Of a DNA stretch of 64,000 nucleotides, positions 20,698 through 30,502 are shown one piece after another. A program made the translations under genes and the position numbers. Every line of letters starts with the position of its first letter. Position 1 is the first letter of the stretch. The notes beneath the pieces are model-generated. The model searched no databases. It had not been told where the DNA came from and saw nothing but the letters and a program-made list of their open reading frames with translations. The stretch comes from Maricaulis sp. (GTDB lineage: Bacteria > Pseudomonadota > Alphaproteobacteria > Caulobacterales > Maricaulaceae): contig NZ_JAEPOL010000002.1 of NCBI RefSeq assembly GCF_017642925.1, positions 138,457-202,456 on the forward strand, read 5' to 3'.

Positions 20698-21962
20698 TAC
20701 TGGTCTCCCATGCCCTGCGGCATGTTCGGGCTGCCGCCGGTCAGGCGTCGTAGCTGGATGTCGGACTGATGGATGGCGAACAGGGCATCGACCGAGCGCA
20801 GCCGCGCATCGATCAGGGCCTGCTGCACATCATAGATTTCCAGGAAGGAGAAACTGCCGCGGGCAAAGCCGGTCTGGGCCTGTTCCAGGGCGGTCTGCAG
20901 AGGCGGGATCACCGTCTCTTCCAGGGCCGCCAGTTCGCCGGCTGCAGCCTGACGGCGCAGGATCAGGGCCTGGACCTGTCGCTGGACGACCCGTTCGCGG
21001 GCAGCCAGGTCGGCATCAATCGCCGCCGCTTCAGACCGGGCCGAGGCGATATTGGCCTGATTGGCATTCCACACCTGCAGCGGAATGGAGAAACGAACCC
21101 CCAGCGCCACATCATTGGAGGACTGGAAGTGACGCAGCTCCAGACCGACATTGGCGTCCGGCACGGCGCGGGCCGTTTCCAGACCGATCTCCGCATCACT
21201 GCGGGCTCTCTGGGCTCGCAGGAGGGCAATTTCCGGCGTGTCCCGGTCCGCCGGGCTGGCACCCAGATCACCCGGAGACAGGAAGCTCTGCGTGTCCACC
21301 GTGAAGTCCGGCAGGCCGCCCCAATAGGAGGCCAGGATGGTGGCACTTGTCGCGACACGACGGCGGGCCAATCCGGCCTCGATCCGGGCTTCGGCCAATC
21401 GGGCCTCTATCCGGTCCCGCGCCATGCGCGGGTCACGGGCGGCCTGCACGCGGCGGTCGACAATGGCGGCCAGGGCTTCCAGCGAAGCAATCCGGTCTTC
21501 CGCGATGGCATGGCGCATGCGCTCGGCCTGGGTGTCGAGATAGGCCAGCTCGACCTGTTGCATCAGATCGCGCCGGGCAATCTCGGCCTCCACGACCCGA
21601 AGATCGCGGTCCCGTTCGGCCAGGGTTGAGCGGGCTTCACGGTCACCCCCACGCTCCCAGGGCTGCATGACGCCGACAGCGGCTTCCGCCTCGTTAAAAA
21701 GATTACGGTCCCCGGTTCCCAGCACGCCTTCGGAGGTGAAATCGAGGGTCGGATTGAGCCGCCGGGCCGCACCGTCAATGCGCTGGGCACTGGCATCGAT
21801 ACGGGCATCGGCAGCGGTTAGTTCAGGAGCTTCGACGAGGGCTCGCGCCAACGCCTCGTCCAGGCTCAGCACGGACGGCTGAGCGCTTTGGGCCACCGCA
21901 TTTGCGGGTGCCACAAGGATTTGCATCGCGACCAGCGCGAGCAAACATGATGAGGTTCGCAT
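20697..21962 (-). CDS. czcC: TolC-family outer membrane factor (CzcC-like)
   Basis: Signal peptide, LSLDEALARAL..PEL, GFARGSFSFLEIYD; first gene of the CBA operon. Confidence 0.88.
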   Translation of the reverse strand: MRTSSCLLALVAMQILVAPANAVAQSAQPSVLSLDEALARALVEAPELTAADARIDASAQRIDGAARRLNPTLDFTSEGVLGTGDRNLFNEAEAAVGVMQPWERGGDREARSTLAERDRDLRVVEAEIARRDLMQQVELAYLDTQAERMRHAIAEDRIASLEALAAIVDRRVQAARDPRMARDRIEARLAEARIEAGLARRRVATSATILASYWGGLPDFTVDTQSFLSPGDLGASPADRDTPEIALLRAQRARSDAEIGLETARAVPDANVGLELRHFQSSNDVALGVRFSIPLQVWNANQANIASARSEAAAIDADLAARERVVQRQVQALILRRQAAAGELAALEETVIPPLQTALEQAQTGFARGSFSFLEIYDVQQALIDARLRSVDALFAIHQSDIQLRRLTGGSPNMPQGMGDQ

Positions 21963-22026
21963 GGAAAGTTGTCCTGTAAACGAATAGCAACGCGCAGCCG
22001 GTCGTGCCGACTGCCAGTTCAGGTCG

Positions 22027-22416
22027 TTACAGGATCGATTTGGGAGGCCGTCTCAGCCCGTCCAATCCAGGATCAGGCTCCGGTACGACATGACTCAGGG
22101 ACCGCACCGGTCCCGTCGTTTCAGTGGCTTGCAGGTTCATGGACGCGGCCATCGGCGCACCATCCATGTGGACATGGGCATGCAGGATCACGTCCCCGGT
22201 TTCATCCGCATCGACATCCGCCGCCTTGCGCATCTTGGCCAGATCAATCTCACGATCCGATCCCCGATGATGATGCGCGTCCTCATGATCATGATCGACC
22301 GCCACATCCGTATGATGATGCTCCGCCCCGACCTCATGCGCATGCGCCTCCGTCCCGGACGCAGGCCCGAGCCAGGCAAGCATGGCAATCAGCAGAAATG
22401 TCAGAGCGTGCCGCAT
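22027..22416 (-). CDS. Secreted His-rich protein (CzcI-like position)
   Basis: Start reassigned to ATG 22416: MRHALTFLLIAMLAWLGPASG signal peptide, then HAHE..HHHTDVAVDHDHEDAHHH. Confidence 0.65.
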   Translation of the reverse strand: MRHALTFLLIAMLAWLGPASGTEAHAHEVGAEHHHTDVAVDHDHEDAHHHRGSDREIDLAKMRKAADVDADETGDVILHAHVHMDGAPMAASMNLQATETTGPVRSLSHVVPEPDPGLDGLRRPPKSIL

Positions 22417-22730
22417 AGGCCCCCGAACGGAAATCAACACACCATTAGTGCTGCCATGAGCGGAAAAGGTCAAGAATGATGGTCGGGATCGGTTGAAGCG
22501 GACCGACGACACACACCGCCTTGACCCCGGCACCGGCAGCGCACCACGATTTGGTACATGGAAATCAACAACGCGCCATGTGCCTAGTGAACACACCCAA
22601 CGTAAAATATTGAAATTTAACCACGTTAAAGAACGCAAAAAATTCGCCCGCGTTCTTTGCCTTGGCACCATGTTTGATGTGGTCGGAAGTCGCCCGGGAT
22701 GATTCGGGCGAAGCTTCATGACAGAAGAGG

Positions 22731-23504
22731 CTAGCCGGGTTCGATCCAACCGACGCCGGTTAGCTCGCTAGAAAACTCGTCAAAAAGACGGACCTCATCG
22801 GCTGTGAGCTTCCCATCTGCTGCGATCAATTGATGTGCGGTCACGAGAAATTTCTCAAGAATGATCGGAGTTTCTGCCCGGATCATCTCTATAGCCTCCA
22901 TCATCTGCTCGGTAGTTGGCCTCAAGCGGCGGTAGCTTGTTCCAAGCTCGTTGCATTCATCCAGTGTGAGATCGTCGCAAAGCTGTTCGCAATGCTGGCA
23001 GAGAATCGCGAATTCGTCGGGGTGCATATAGCCATCGCAGCGCGACAAACAGGCCAGGAGGATTGCATGTGGGCGTGCCCGCTCACGGGCGACATTGACT
23101 CTGCTCGCACGGGGGCTGTTCACGGGCCTGGGCAGTTCCGCGTCAAAGCCTAGAGTTTCCACTAAGAATGGCTTGGTCTCATGCACGACCCCGTCGAAGT
23201 CTATACAGCACTCGATTCTATCAAGCAGAAAGTGGCGTGGGGCATTTCGTTGGTGACAATGAGCGGACAAATAGGGGTTGCCTTTGGCATTGTACTTTAC
23301 TGAGTGCACCGTGATGCTGCGGCATGACATATCGTTCTTTGAATCGAGATACTCGATCATGAAGGACTGACCCTCACACTCAATTTCCCCGCCACGTGAG
23401 TCACCGATAGGCCTATCATCGACTTCAGGAATTACCGATGGGCGAGGCTCCGGCGCACCGGATCCTCCGCGTCGCCAGGCAGACAGGAAAGAGTGGCCAT
23501 CCAT
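22731..23504 (-). CDS. WYL-domain + TerB-like domain fusion protein
   Basis: IEYLDSKNDMSCRSITV...YLSAHCHQRNAPRHFLLDRI matches the WYL pattern; LLACLSRCDGYMHPDE and LIAADGKLTADE match the TerB repeat motifs. No wHTH seen. Confidence 0.7.
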   Translation of the reverse strand: MDGHSFLSAWRRGGSGAPEPRPSVIPEVDDRPIGDSRGGEIECEGQSFMIEYLDSKNDMSCRSITVHSVKYNAKGNPYLSAHCHQRNAPRHFLLDRIECCIDFDGVVHETKPFLVETLGFDAELPRPVNSPRASRVNVARERARPHAILLACLSRCDGYMHPDEFAILCQHCEQLCDDLTLDECNELGTSYRRLRPTTEQMMEAIEMIRAETPIILEKFLVTAHQLIAADGKLTADEVRLFDEFSSELTGVGWIEPG

Positions 23505-23929
23505 CGAGCACCGCCTCCAGTAGTCGAACTTGTTTCTACCTATTCGCGCAAAAGTTATTTTGTGTCCACACGCTTGCTGCGGTGGTTGGCGACTTAAATC
23601 GCTTTGTGCTGGGCCGTGCCTTGAAGGATGGGGCTGTTTGAGGGGGCTCTATTTCGCTTTCAACCACAATTGTGAACGCTCGGATCTCTTCGGCGCACGG
23701 TAACAGAGGCTGGAGGCGTGGGCCGGCTACCGACGGCCCGAGGTCGGATTGGTCCGCTTCTTCCTTGGTTCTTCGTGCAATCGATAAAGCGCACGATCAT
23801 AAAACGCTTTCCGCATCACCCTTAGGTTGGCTAAGGTTTACGCGGGAGGCGTAGGGGTTAAATGGGAAGCGCTTCAGCTCGGGCTGTATTCAAGGTGTTC
23901 GATCGTGGCGAAGAGGGGGCAAATTCGCC

Positions 23930-26437
23930 ATGAAGTCGAGGGCCACTTTCTTCATCGTCTTTAGTGTTGTGTTGCTGGCGGTATTGCCGGGGAGCATGCC
24001 GCTTGACGCCCGCCTTTTCCTATCGCTGGTCATTCCAGGCCTAGTTGTTTGGCTATTTGGGGGGAATCGCGGTGACAGGAAGTCACGCCGAACGAACAAG
24101 AGGCCAGCGTCAGCCTCTGATAACCTTTCATCGAGCACCTTTCGACAAAGATCGCCCGACAGGGCTAGCTTCAAACCGATGCAAGAACAGTCTGGCGAGA
24201 GGCCGCACTCCGTATACAAGCGCCCAACTCCGCCGGCAGACTACCGCCCTCCAAAACAAGATTATGCTGCGATAATCCGTGCCGTGCGGCGGAGCGACGC
24301 CCCACAAGACCAAACTCACGTCGCTCGCAAGCAAGCAGGCCCGATAACACGGCATCAGGGCTGGGTGCCAGCCGGTGAAACCGTTTCAGTTGGCGGACGC
24401 GATCTGGGCGGAATGATCTATGTAGGCACGCCACCATCCCTCAACACCTATGGATATCGTGATGTGTGCCGGGCATATATTGACCCATCCCTGCCAGTGT
24501 CGCCCTATGGTTCGGATCGCGATGGTTTTAATTTGCCATATTGGCCAGGGTACTCGGCCATCCCGCCAAACTGCCGCGGAACCTATCTGGACTGGCTGGC
24601 GACCGGGCGATCTGATCCGGCCTACGATCCCGGGTATATGTTCCTCTACTTTTATGGCCTCGAACGCCGCTTTTTCCTTGATGCCCCTCCCAAGAGCGAG
24701 AAGGCCGAGTTGCTTGAGGAAGTCAGGCGGTTGGCACTGCTTTATCCTGAGAACCGTTCAGTCCAACGATATCTGGGAGAGTTCATTGAGGTTGCTGAAG
24801 TCGCGGTCTTCGGCTGCGAGAACATAACGCCGAGCCATGACAACCCAGGCTGGGAACTCCCATTTTCTCTCAAGATGGGGCTTGGCGCCAAAATCGAAAC
24901 CGGGAAACCTCTCAACTCCGACTGGATCCTGAGTTGGTTGGTCTGTCATCCAGAATATGGCCTGAGAACCCCTGCGAAGCGCTGTTCGGAAGAGTTCCGT
25001 GTCCTTTTCAGACTTCGCTTCGACGATCGCTATCCTGATGGTTACAAAGTCACCAAGCCAAGAAAGTCCCTAGATGCACGCTATCGCGCCGCATCAGGCG
25101 AGTTTGATGTGAAACTTGTTACCACGCTTGATGGAAAACCGCTTCCGGATGTCTCCAATCTCCGCAAGCCCCTGGACATCGCGAAAGATCTTGCCGAACG
25201 GGCGATGGATGATCTCGACAAATACAGCCGGTATCTCGGACGAGAGCCTGACGGGCGCGGAAGTCTTGAGGCTCATGCTTTGCTACCTGCGGAGTTGCGC
25301 CCCCTTTTCCCATCTAGCGAAGTGGAGGCACTTGGATTGTGGGCAGGGGAAATCGCTGCCGCCGGAGGTCTGGTCCCCATTGCCGATGTTGTTGAGCGCT
25401 TGCAGGGAAGACGTCCCGAGAAAATATCTAAACGGGTGCTGACAAGTGCAGCTGATGCTCTAGCACGGTTGGGCTTCGGCTTGGCTCCTGATCCACGATA
25501 CGCGCTACGCTCGCCGAAGTTGGACGAGCCCGCTGTGATTTTCGAATTTGGCGGTCCAATTGAAAGTTTGGAAGACGTCTCGCCTAGATATCGATCAGCC
25601 CTGATGGAGCTGGCCGTCGCGACTTTCGTGGCTCATGCAGACGGTCGTGTCGTGGAGTTGGAACGCCAGTCCCTTGCAGACCAAGTTTTATCGGTGGAGG
25701 GGTTGAAAGATGAGGAAAGGGCACGCCTGCAAGCCAATCTAGATTGGTTTCTTGCGGTTCCGCCCGATTTGAGTCTGCTTCGGCGGCGGCTGAAGGACAT
25801 GGATGAAGAGCACCACGCTGCGTTGCGCGCATCGGTGGTTTCTGCCGCCTATGCGGACGGTATTGTCGTGTCAGAAGAGGTTTCTGGAATTGAAAAGATC
25901 TACAAGGCACTGGGGCTCGACCCAGCGCTGGCGTATTCTGATCTGCACGCCGGAAACATCGATGATCGGCCAAAAACAGTAAAAGCAGCACGGCCGGCCC
26001 TGCCAGGTGAACAGATCCCCACTGTGAATGAGATGCGTGGGGCGGCCCTCAATGCTTCGCGGATTGCGAAGATACGTTCAGACACCGAGCGCGTTTCTAC
26101 TGTTCTCGGAAACATATTTTCTGATGATGAAAATGACGAAGACGCTGCCATTTCGCATTCGCCTTCAGCTCTCGCGGGGCTTGATGTCAAGCACTCTGAG
26201 CTGATCCGCGACCTGGTGCAAAAGACTCATTGGTCAGACGAGGGCTTCCAGCAGCTTTGTGAGCGCCGCGACCTTCTTGTCGCAGGCGCCTTGGAAGCCG
26301 TGAATGAGTGGGCGTTCGAGGCACATGGCGAAGCTCTACTTGATGAGTACGATGGCTATGACGTCGCGCCGGATGTTGCTCAAGCCGTAAAGGCAGTTTT
26401 TAGGGAGGCCCAACATGCCGAAACCGAAACCGCGTGA
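23930..26437 (+). CDS. sngA: Shango SngA (TerB_N / TerB / TerB_C), with N-terminal TM helices
   Basis: YWPGYSAIPPNCRGTYLDWLATGR and GYMFLYFYGLERR (TerB_N), VAHADGRV / AAYADG (TerB), EAVNEWAFE (TerB_C); first of a three-gene operon. Confidence 0.88.
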   Translation: MKSRATFFIVFSVVLLAVLPGSMPLDARLFLSLVIPGLVVWLFGGNRGDRKSRRTNKRPASASDNLSSSTFRQRSPDRASFKPMQEQSGERPHSVYKRPTPPADYRPPKQDYAAIIRAVRRSDAPQDQTHVARKQAGPITRHQGWVPAGETVSVGGRDLGGMIYVGTPPSLNTYGYRDVCRAYIDPSLPVSPYGSDRDGFNLPYWPGYSAIPPNCRGTYLDWLATGRSDPAYDPGYMFLYFYGLERRFFLDAPPKSEKAELLEEVRRLALLYPENRSVQRYLGEFIEVAEVAVFGCENITPSHDNPGWELPFSLKMGLGAKIETGKPLNSDWILSWLVCHPEYGLRTPAKRCSEEFRVLFRLRFDDRYPDGYKVTKPRKSLDARYRAASGEFDVKLVTTLDGKPLPDVSNLRKPLDIAKDLAERAMDDLDKYSRYLGREPDGRGSLEAHALLPAELRPLFPSSEVEALGLWAGEIAAAGGLVPIADVVERLQGRRPEKISKRVLTSAADALARLGFGLAPDPRYALRSPKLDEPAVIFEFGGPIESLEDVSPRYRSALMELAVATFVAHADGRVVELERQSLADQVLSVEGLKDEERARLQANLDWFLAVPPDLSLLRRRLKDMDEEHHAALRASVVSAAYADGIVVSEEVSGIEKIYKALGLDPALAYSDLHAGNIDDRPKTVKAARPALPGEQIPTVNEMRGAALNASRIAKIRSDTERVSTVLGNIFSDDENDEDAAISHSPSALAGLDVKHSELIRDLVQKTHWSDEGFQQLCERRDLLVAGALEAVNEWAFEAHGEALLDEYDGYDVAPDVAQAVKAVFREAQHAETETA

Positions 26438-27722
26438 ACGTGATGCCATTATGCAAGCCCTCCGCGCTGGTGTTGTCCCTAAACTGGGATTGCGTCACAT
26501 CCAAGTTGGGCGCGCCCGAGAGATCGAAGAGATGATACGAGACATGAACCGTATTGCTGATCGTGGTTCGGCAATACGGTTCATCATCGGCGAATATGGC
26601 TCGGGCAAGACCTTCTTTATGAATCTGGTCAGGCTTATTGCTCTGGAGAAGGGCTTGGTCGTCATGTTCGCCGACTTGGCACCCGATCGTCGCCTGCATG
26701 CGACTGGCGGCCAGGCGCGTGGGCTATATGCTGAGATGGCGCGGAACCTGTCGACACGCACAAAGCCCGACGGTGGTGCACTTGCCAGTGTCGTGGAACG
26801 ATTTGTTTCGCAGGCCCATCGTAGCGCTGAAGAACGAAGTGTACCCACGGGGCAGGTAATTCGGGAACGCCTTGAACATTTTGAAGAGCTAACGGGTGGA
26901 TTCGAGTTTGCGGAAGTGATCCGGCGGTATTGGGAGGCACACGAAACCCACGACGACGATTTGAAATCCTCTGTTTTGCGCTGGCTGAGGGGCGAGTTTG
27001 CGACTCGTACTGACGCTCGCAAAGCACTGGGCGTGAGAACCATAATCGACGACGCAGGTGTCTATGATCATCTCAAACTCATGTCCGCATTTGCGCGGGA
27101 GGCAGGCTATAAGGGGCTCCTCGTGGGCCTCGATGAGATGGCAAACCTGTACAAGCTGACCTCGTCACAGGCGCGCAATGCCAACTACGAACAAATACTC
27201 CGAATTTTGAACGACGTTCTTCAGGGCTCGGCCGAAGGTATCGGCTTCCTTCTAGGTGGCACACCAGAGTTTTTAATGAACACGCGCCGAGGGCTTTACA
27301 GCTATGAAGCGCTTCAGTCCCGTCTCGCTGAGAACTCTTTCGCCAGAGATGGTCTGGTTGATCTTTCTGGTCCGGTTGTGCGGTTGGCCAGCCTGACACC
27401 AGAGGATTTGTTTGTGCTTCTCTCGAACATTCGCGCCGTTGTGCAGGAGGATCGGAGCGCCTTACCCGATGAAGCCTTGGAAGGGTTCATGGCGCATTGC
27501 TCGCAGCGAATTGGTGAAGCCTATTTCAGAACACCACGAAATACCGTGACGGCGTTCGTCAATTTGCTCTCCGTACTGGAACAAAACCCAGACGTGAAAT
27601 GGACTGACCTGATTGATCGGCTCGAAGTTGAAGAAGATGGCGGTGAGGACCTGGCTGACGTCGAAGACTCAGCTGGGGTGCATTCAGCACATGGGGATGA
27701 CCTCGTTAGCTTCAAGCTATGA
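26415..27722 (+). CDS. sngB: Shango SngB, DUF2791 P-loop ATPase
   Basis: ALRAGVVPKLGL, IGEYGSGKTFF Walker A, GLLVGLDE Walker B; overlaps sngA. Confidence 0.88.
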   Translation: MPKPKPRERDAIMQALRAGVVPKLGLRHIQVGRAREIEEMIRDMNRIADRGSAIRFIIGEYGSGKTFFMNLVRLIALEKGLVVMFADLAPDRRLHATGGQARGLYAEMARNLSTRTKPDGGALASVVERFVSQAHRSAEERSVPTGQVIRERLEHFEELTGGFEFAEVIRRYWEAHETHDDDLKSSVLRWLRGEFATRTDARKALGVRTIIDDAGVYDHLKLMSAFAREAGYKGLLVGLDEMANLYKLTSSQARNANYEQILRILNDVLQGSAEGIGFLLGGTPEFLMNTRRGLYSYEALQSRLAENSFARDGLVDLSGPVVRLASLTPEDLFVLLSNIRAVVQEDRSALPDEALEGFMAHCSQRIGEAYFRTPRNTVTAFVNLLSVLEQNPDVKWTDLIDRLEVEEDGGEDLADVEDSAGVHSAHGDDLVSFKL

Positions 27723-27731
27723 GGTAATCCA

Positions 27732-29915
27732 GTGAGCGGAGCGTTCGAAAAGCTTGCGTGGCCAATCCAAAAATGGATTCGCCAACAAGGCTGGCGAGAG
27801 TTGCGCGACATACAGGCGCGTACGATCCATGCTGTCTATACAGACTGCGCCAAGGACTTGATTGTCGCGGCTTCAACGGCTGGAGGGAAAACCGAAGCCG
27901 CGTTTCTGCCGCTGATCTCCCAAGTCCTCGATACTCCTTCGCAGCGAGTCGGCTTCGACCTCCTCTATGTAGGACCGCTCAAGGCGCTCATTACGGATCA
28001 GGCGGATCGCCTAAAGGATATTTGCAGCGAAGCAGAATTGTCAGTGACTCCTTGGCACGGCGACGTCTCCCAATCGATCAAAACACGTGCTTTGAAACGG
28101 CCAAGCGGAATACTGCTGATAACACCAGAGTCTCTCGAGGCTCTTTTTCTTCGGCGAGGGATGGAAATTCCGCGTCTTTTTGGGGCTACTCGGGCGGTAG
28201 TCGTTGACGAACTTCACAGCATGCTCGACAGCGAGCGTGGTGTGCAGATGAGATCACTTCTCACCCGTCTGGAACTCTCTACCGGGCGAAAGATCCAACG
28301 CGTGGGGCTCTCCGCTACACTCGGTGATATGGAACTGGCTCGCAAATATTTGCGCCCAGAGGATCCAGAGAATGTCGCATTGATCGAATCTGAGGGAGGA
28401 GAGGCAGAGCTTCAGCTCCAACTACGCGGATATACTCTTGGTGATGGCGATCAGAGCCAGTTGTCCACCACCGACGCTATTGCTGATCACATCTTTGAAC
28501 ATTTGAGAGGTCGCGACAATTTGGTGTTTGCCGGTTCTCGGCAATCTGTGGAGATCTATGCAGATCGGTTGAGGGAACGTTGTGAAAGGGAGCATCTGCC
28601 TCAGGAATTCTACCCGCATCATGCGAGCCTATCCCGTGAGCATCGGGACTTTGTGGAACGACGACTAAAGGACCCATCCAAACCCACAACAGCAGTGTGC
28701 ACGTCGACACTCGAACTCGGAATCGATATCGGGGACATATCGTGTGTCGCGCAGATTGGTGCGCCTTTCAGTGTTTCAGCGCTTCGTCAGCGACTGGGGC
28801 GTTCTGGGCGTAGGGAGGGGCAGCCAGCCATTCTGCGCCAGTACGCAATTGAAGCATGCCTTAATTCTGAAAGTAGCTTTGTTGATCGATTGCGTCTTGG
28901 ATTGGTCCGTTCTGTTGCTATGATTGAGCTGCTTCTCGAGGGGTGGTGCGAGCCGCCAAAACCCCAAGCGTTGCACCTTTCAACCTTAGTGCATCAGGTC
29001 CTTTCGGTAATCGCCGAGCGGGGCGGCGCTTCGGCTAGCACTCTCCATCGAATCTTGTGCCAGGCGGGACCGTTTAAACTGGTAAGCTCACCGATCTTTG
29101 CTGACTTGTTGCGCGCCCTTGGCGATCCGGATGTAGAGCTGCTCGAGCAAGCCGATGATGGTCAGCTGCTTCTGGGGCGAGCAGGTGAGAAGCTTGTTGA
29201 ACATTATAGTTTTTATGCCGTTTTCCAGACGCCAGAGGAGTATCGGCTGGTTGCTGAGGGACAGGAGCTCGGCACACTTCCCGTCGATAATGTTCTCGCC
29301 CCTGGCACGATGGTCATTTTCTCGGGAAGACGATGGTTGGTTCTTGAGGTGAGCGATCAGGACAAAGTGGTCACGGTAATGCCAGCCGCGGCCGGCACGC
29401 CTCCAGTCTTCGGAGGGGACCCAGGCGAAGTTCATGACACCGTCGTCGAGCGAATGTTCGCGCTTCTCGAGAGCGACTGCCAGCCAATCTATATGGACGA
29501 TGTTTCCACGACGCTTTTGAAAGAAGCTCGGCGTAGCTATGCTGAATTGGGATTTCGTTCCTGCCCGGTTTTCTCGCTTGGCGAAAAGTCCTACGCTATT
29601 GCAACGCGCTGCGGTTCGATAAAATCGGCCAGTCTCGCGCTAGCATTGCGCTCCCATGGATTTGATGTGGAGTTGCATGATGGGTTTCTTGTGGCGAAAA
29701 CACGCCAAGAAGATCACGATATCTATAAAGCGCTTCGTCAGATTGGCTCTGCCAACATCGAGGAATTTGACACGGATGGTGGCCGGCTTGTTTTCGAAAA
29801 ATTTCACCCATACTTGCCCGTAGCGCTACTCAAGGCCGATGCCCTTTCCTGCAGAATAGATTTTTCCGCGCTTCCTCAGATGTGCGATATGCTTCTGCAG
29901 CAACAGGGAGACTGA
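27732..29915 (+). CDS. sngC: Shango SngC, Lhr-like SF2 (DExH) helicase
   Basis: ASTAGGKTEA, TPESLE, VVDELH, GLSAT, TSTLELGIDIG, RQRLGRSGRR. Confidence 0.9.
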   Translation: MSGAFEKLAWPIQKWIRQQGWRELRDIQARTIHAVYTDCAKDLIVAASTAGGKTEAAFLPLISQVLDTPSQRVGFDLLYVGPLKALITDQADRLKDICSEAELSVTPWHGDVSQSIKTRALKRPSGILLITPESLEALFLRRGMEIPRLFGATRAVVVDELHSMLDSERGVQMRSLLTRLELSTGRKIQRVGLSATLGDMELARKYLRPEDPENVALIESEGGEAELQLQLRGYTLGDGDQSQLSTTDAIADHIFEHLRGRDNLVFAGSRQSVEIYADRLRERCEREHLPQEFYPHHASLSREHRDFVERRLKDPSKPTTAVCTSTLELGIDIGDISCVAQIGAPFSVSALRQRLGRSGRREGQPAILRQYAIEACLNSESSFVDRLRLGLVRSVAMIELLLEGWCEPPKPQALHLSTLVHQVLSVIAERGGASASTLHRILCQAGPFKLVSSPIFADLLRALGDPDVELLEQADDGQLLLGRAGEKLVEHYSFYAVFQTPEEYRLVAEGQELGTLPVDNVLAPGTMVIFSGRRWLVLEVSDQDKVVTVMPAAAGTPPVFGGDPGEVHDTVVERMFALLESDCQPIYMDDVSTTLLKEARRSYAELGFRSCPVFSLGEKSYAIATRCGSIKSASLALALRSHGFDVELHDGFLVAKTRQEDHDIYKALRQIGSANIEEFDTDGGRLVFEKFHPYLPVALLKADALSCRIDFSALPQMCDMLLQQQGD

Positions 29916-29933
29916 CGCGGACCGGCAGGACGC

Positions 29934-30089
29934 ATGATCAATGCGCTGGCACGCTGGGAAGGTGATCGCGCATCAGACGCCGTTGCCTGGGCGCGAACGC
30001 GCCTGGAAAGGGAACGGGACGCGCTGACGGATCCGCAGACAATCACATCCGAGATCGACAGGATCCACGAGTGGACCTATCGCGATTAG
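29934..30089 (+). CDS. Small ORF (51 aa), possibly a gene fragment
   Basis: Hand translation MINALARWEGDRASDAVAWARTRLERERDALTDPQTITSEIDRIHEWTYRD*; AGGA SD; 18 bp after sngC. Confidence 0.4.
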   Translation: MINALARWEGDRASDAVAWARTRLERERDALTDPQTITSEIDRIHEWTYRD

Positions 30090-30227
30090 TGGGCAATCGA
30101 ATGCCTCGACGTGCCGGCATTCCATTCGTCACCGATTTGGTGACGAATGGAAGTTTCTGTTTTTACGAGGTGTTTTGGGGTGTTCATGATATATATTCCG
30201 AAGAGATGAGGCAATTTCTCCGTCGGA

Positions 30228-30482
30228 GTGAAAGTCATGGATGAACGCGAGAGAATCCGCTCCAGTGTTGGTGAAATCCTGCGCGAAGAGTTTCTGGCCG
30301 AACTCGGTTGGGACGAGACGGAACTGGCGGGGCGGATCGGCGCGCCAGTTCCGGATGTCATAGCATTGCTGGAAGGTGGGCGGCTGACGGAAGCTCTGGC
30401 GCACCGTTTGGCCGAGGGCCTGGGCACGACAGTGCGGTTCTGGCTCAATATCCAGGAGAGCCATGAGCGGACCACGCCTTGA
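30228..30482 (+). CDS. HigA-like XRE HTH antitoxin (orphan)
   Basis: VGEILREEFLAELGW...LAHRLAEGLGTTVRFWLNIQ HigA signature; no HigB adjacent. Confidence 0.8.
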   Translation: MKVMDERERIRSSVGEILREEFLAELGWDETELAGRIGAPVPDVIALLEGGRLTEALAHRLAEGLGTTVRFWLNIQESHERTTP

Positions 30483-30502
30483 AGCGGTCCATGGGCCCGC
30501 AG

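Noticed and set aside
23672-23854. 60-aa ORF between the WYL-TerB gene and sngA
   Set aside because: No SD or motif and low-complexity composition; more likely promoter DNA.
26415-29915. BREX (BrxD/BrxHI-like) or tellurite-resistance ter operon
   Set aside because: No PglZ, methyltransferase or terZABCDE genes are present; the TerB_N-TerB-TerB_C + DUF2791 + Lhr-like helicase order fits Shango.
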